Assembly (NCBI GenBank): GCA_951406725.2
Contig: OX597817.1
Coordinates: 129,456,001 to 129,520,000 of the forward strand
Source of the DNA: Octopus vulgaris
Taxonomy: Eukaryota
Direction of reading: 5' to 3'
Length of the DNA: 64,000 nt
Shown: piece by piece, positions 1 to 64,000 of the stretch
Position numbering within the stretch: the stretch's first letter is position 1
Layout: each line of letters starts with the position of its first letter
Position numbers and translations under genes: made by a program
The notes under the pieces: generated by a model
The model's input: the letters and a program-made list of their open reading frames with translations, nothing else
What the model was told of the DNA's origin: nothing
Databases searched by the model: none

Positions 1-1046
1 TTAGGGTGTGAATTTTAGGGCTTAGAAGGTTGTTGTGTCCTAGCATATGTGCTGCTTCCTTTAATTTTCGTATTTTCCAGTGGTGTTCTCTGTCTATTAT
101 TTAAACTTCATCCTACAGAAGGAGTTGGTCTCCATTTTTCCATATATGATCAGCTATACTCGATTTATCAATATCTCCTCGTGTCATAACATTGCGTTGT
201 TCCTCTACCCTTATATTGAGGGGCTGGTATGTTTCACCTTTGTATAGCCTACCAAAGCTACATGGGGTGGAGTACACGCATTTTTTGGTCATATTCTCTT
301 CTATTGGTGGTTTTATTCGAAGGAGATTCAAGACATCCGTATATCGCAAGCCGAACTTCACCGGACGATACCTCAACTTCTATTCTCACCATCCATACAG
401 TGTCTAGTGAGGGATTGCTCAGTACCTAAAATATCGAGCAAAGAATATATAAGTAGCGATAGTGATACCCACTACGAAGAAATGATGAAGCTCAGTAACA
501 ATTTATTCAGCAACAATTACTCCAAAAATATACTATCCACTCAAATTATGAAGAAAAGAGAGGATGAAACCAATAAACTATCCAGTCTGACTACCCTATG
601 TGAAAAGCCTCTCCGAAAAGATACAAAAGATATGCGGCCCATATGACATCAGGACAGAATTCAAGAGTATTACAACACTTCGCAAATATCTCCTTCGAGT
701 AAAACCACCAATCGAAGAGAAGATGACCAGAGAACACCACTAGAAAATACGAAAACTAAAAGAAACAGGACATATGCTATGGCACAACAACCTCCTAAGC
801 AGACCGAGTGCAGATATGAATAGCATAAGGGAACCGGTATTAAGGAAGGATAGGGAAATATTAGATATATAAGCCCTAAAGTTCACTCCATAATTGCCCG
901 CGGGTATATGGCGTAGTGGTCAAAAGCGCAGGCTACTACCCCAGGATTCCGAGTTTAATTCCAGGTAATGACCTGAATAATAATAATAATAATAACAACA
1001 ACAACGAAAAATATCCTGGAGGGTATATCAGCCGAAAAAAATAATG

Positions 1047-1103
<57 letters not shown>

Positions 1104-1275
1104 GTGTGTGTTTGTGTGTGTGTGTGTGTGTAAGTATATATATATATACATATATTTATATATCTACATGCACTCACACACACGCAAACACACACACACG
1201 CACACACACACATATTTATATCTGAATGGAGTTTTGTTCAACATACAGCCAAATATGTTTTTACATTTTATTCAG

Positions 1276-62626
<61,351 letters not shown>

Positions 62627-64000
62627 GTAAGTTGACATACATTTCTCAAAAGACATAATTTTCTATCACAAAATAATATTTTGAGGGTCACTTCTGATCA
62701 TTTGGTATTCAATTGCAAAGAGACACAATTGAAGTGGGTGACCTTGGTGGTGGCTATTAAAACTCATGTAGTCAGACTAGATATTCACTAAGTGGTTGTT
62801 CAATACAAGATGGTTTTACAACAGGTTGTACATAATAACTATTATAACAGAGTCCTTAATTTGATTTATAGAATATACATTTACAAGTACTACCTGTTCC
62901 ATGATTGAGTGGTCGGCGACTAAACCGACTTCCCCACCTGAGTTGGTTGCTATTCTTGAGGCGGGTGTCTAGACACACCCAGCAGTACTAAAAATAAGAC
63001 ATGTCGAAGAACAAATGAGCTCCTTGTGGGCCAACGGCCATCCAGTTGGGGAAAGCTATGGCAAACCATCTCAATATCTTTGAAAAGAAAACACTATAAG
63101 TCAAAACTTTAGGGCTTCATCCGATGGGAGAAGACGCGCTTAATCAGAAAGACTATTACCTTAGTATTATTAACGCACTGCAAAAGCGTACGATACATGG
63201 CGACAATGATGATGACATTTACAACAATTATAAACAGAAGAGCCGAAATGCAAAAGCAAAATAATTAAGATGAGTTAGGACTTTGGTGTGAATCCTAAAC
63301 ATATGTACGTAAGTTGTACATCATAAGTAAAACACGTGTGTATCAAATGTACAACAGATGGAATATGAATGCCAGCCTCAACCAGTAACAGTTATTGAAT
63401 GTAGCTAGCATATCCCATCTTTTATTCTCTAATGGTTCTAGCCATCGGACAATCTTCATTCCTGAACACTGCCTTCAAGGGTTTCTGGGTAGTTACATTG
63501 ATTCCTGTATGTTTTTCTGCTGCATACTTAGAAAAGATATAAACTACAAAGTGAATATTGCTTTGTTGGGTAGGAAAGTCAGATATAGATACTGCAGAGT
63601 ATGTGATCGAATACCTGATCGAATACATCAGTTTCCCACATAAAGATATATCATACCATTTACTCATGATGGTGGAGCTTCAGTTTGGTGTGTAATTTAA
63701 ATATAGCGCAGACCGTTGCTTATGGCAAATTAAAGATCTATATACTATGCATGTTATTTATGTGTGGGGTGGGGGTGGAAGAAAACGGAGACGTTTGAGT
63801 GTACTTGAAAACTTTTCGTAAACTATATATGCTAAATTGCCTAGGCAAGAACAATGCTAAATTGATAAGCAAAAATCGGGACCACGTCCACAGCACTGCT
63901 TCAGTTTCCAATTTTCCTTAAACGTGTTAATTCACTTCAATTTATTCTTAATTTCTTGAAATTACTTCCACTTCTTATTCAGAGCAATTAAGAAATATCG

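Noticed and set aside
1-25. TTAGGG hexamers at each unit start, suggesting telomeric repeat
   Set aside because: Only two spaced copies, inside the Penelope-like terminal region; not an array.
903-973. tRNA-like sequence (also 26973-27044, 59196-59270 and SINE heads)
   Set aside because: A/B boxes are present but no convincing acceptor stem; these are embedded in retroelements, so not called tRNA genes.

Overview
AT-rich, microsatellite-dense eukaryotic DNA. The repeat repertoire (tRNA-headed SINEs, Penelope-like elements, RTE/CR1/R4-type LINE fragments, mariner/Tc1, a Helitron, very long (TA)n) looks like an Octopus/coleoid cephalopod genome; this is an inference. Almost all ORFs in the supplied track are microsatellite read-through or transposon debris. 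The main hidden signal is a + strand spliced gene that the ORF track misses: 17 tiny candidate exons (30-114 nt). Each has a pyrimidine tract+AG and a GT donor, each is a multiple of 3 and phase 1-1, and they splice into one stop-free 326-codon frame. The first 11 exons lie in a ~5.2-kb tandem array (1-27458) that has multiplied an exon pair, with its introns and intronic transposons, into a 39-aa acidic repeat rich in SSEE/S-x-E motifs ([39 protein letters not shown]). The six downstream exons encode His/Gly/Tyr-rich low-complexity sequence. Start and stop codons lie outside the window. The introns also hold several distinct families of minimal hammerhead-ribozyme motifs (Penelope/retrozyme-type), an internally deleted Helitron with canonical ends, and ORF1-only LINE derivatives that share a 3' tail with a SINE. 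All calls are from reading the sequence; no searches were run.
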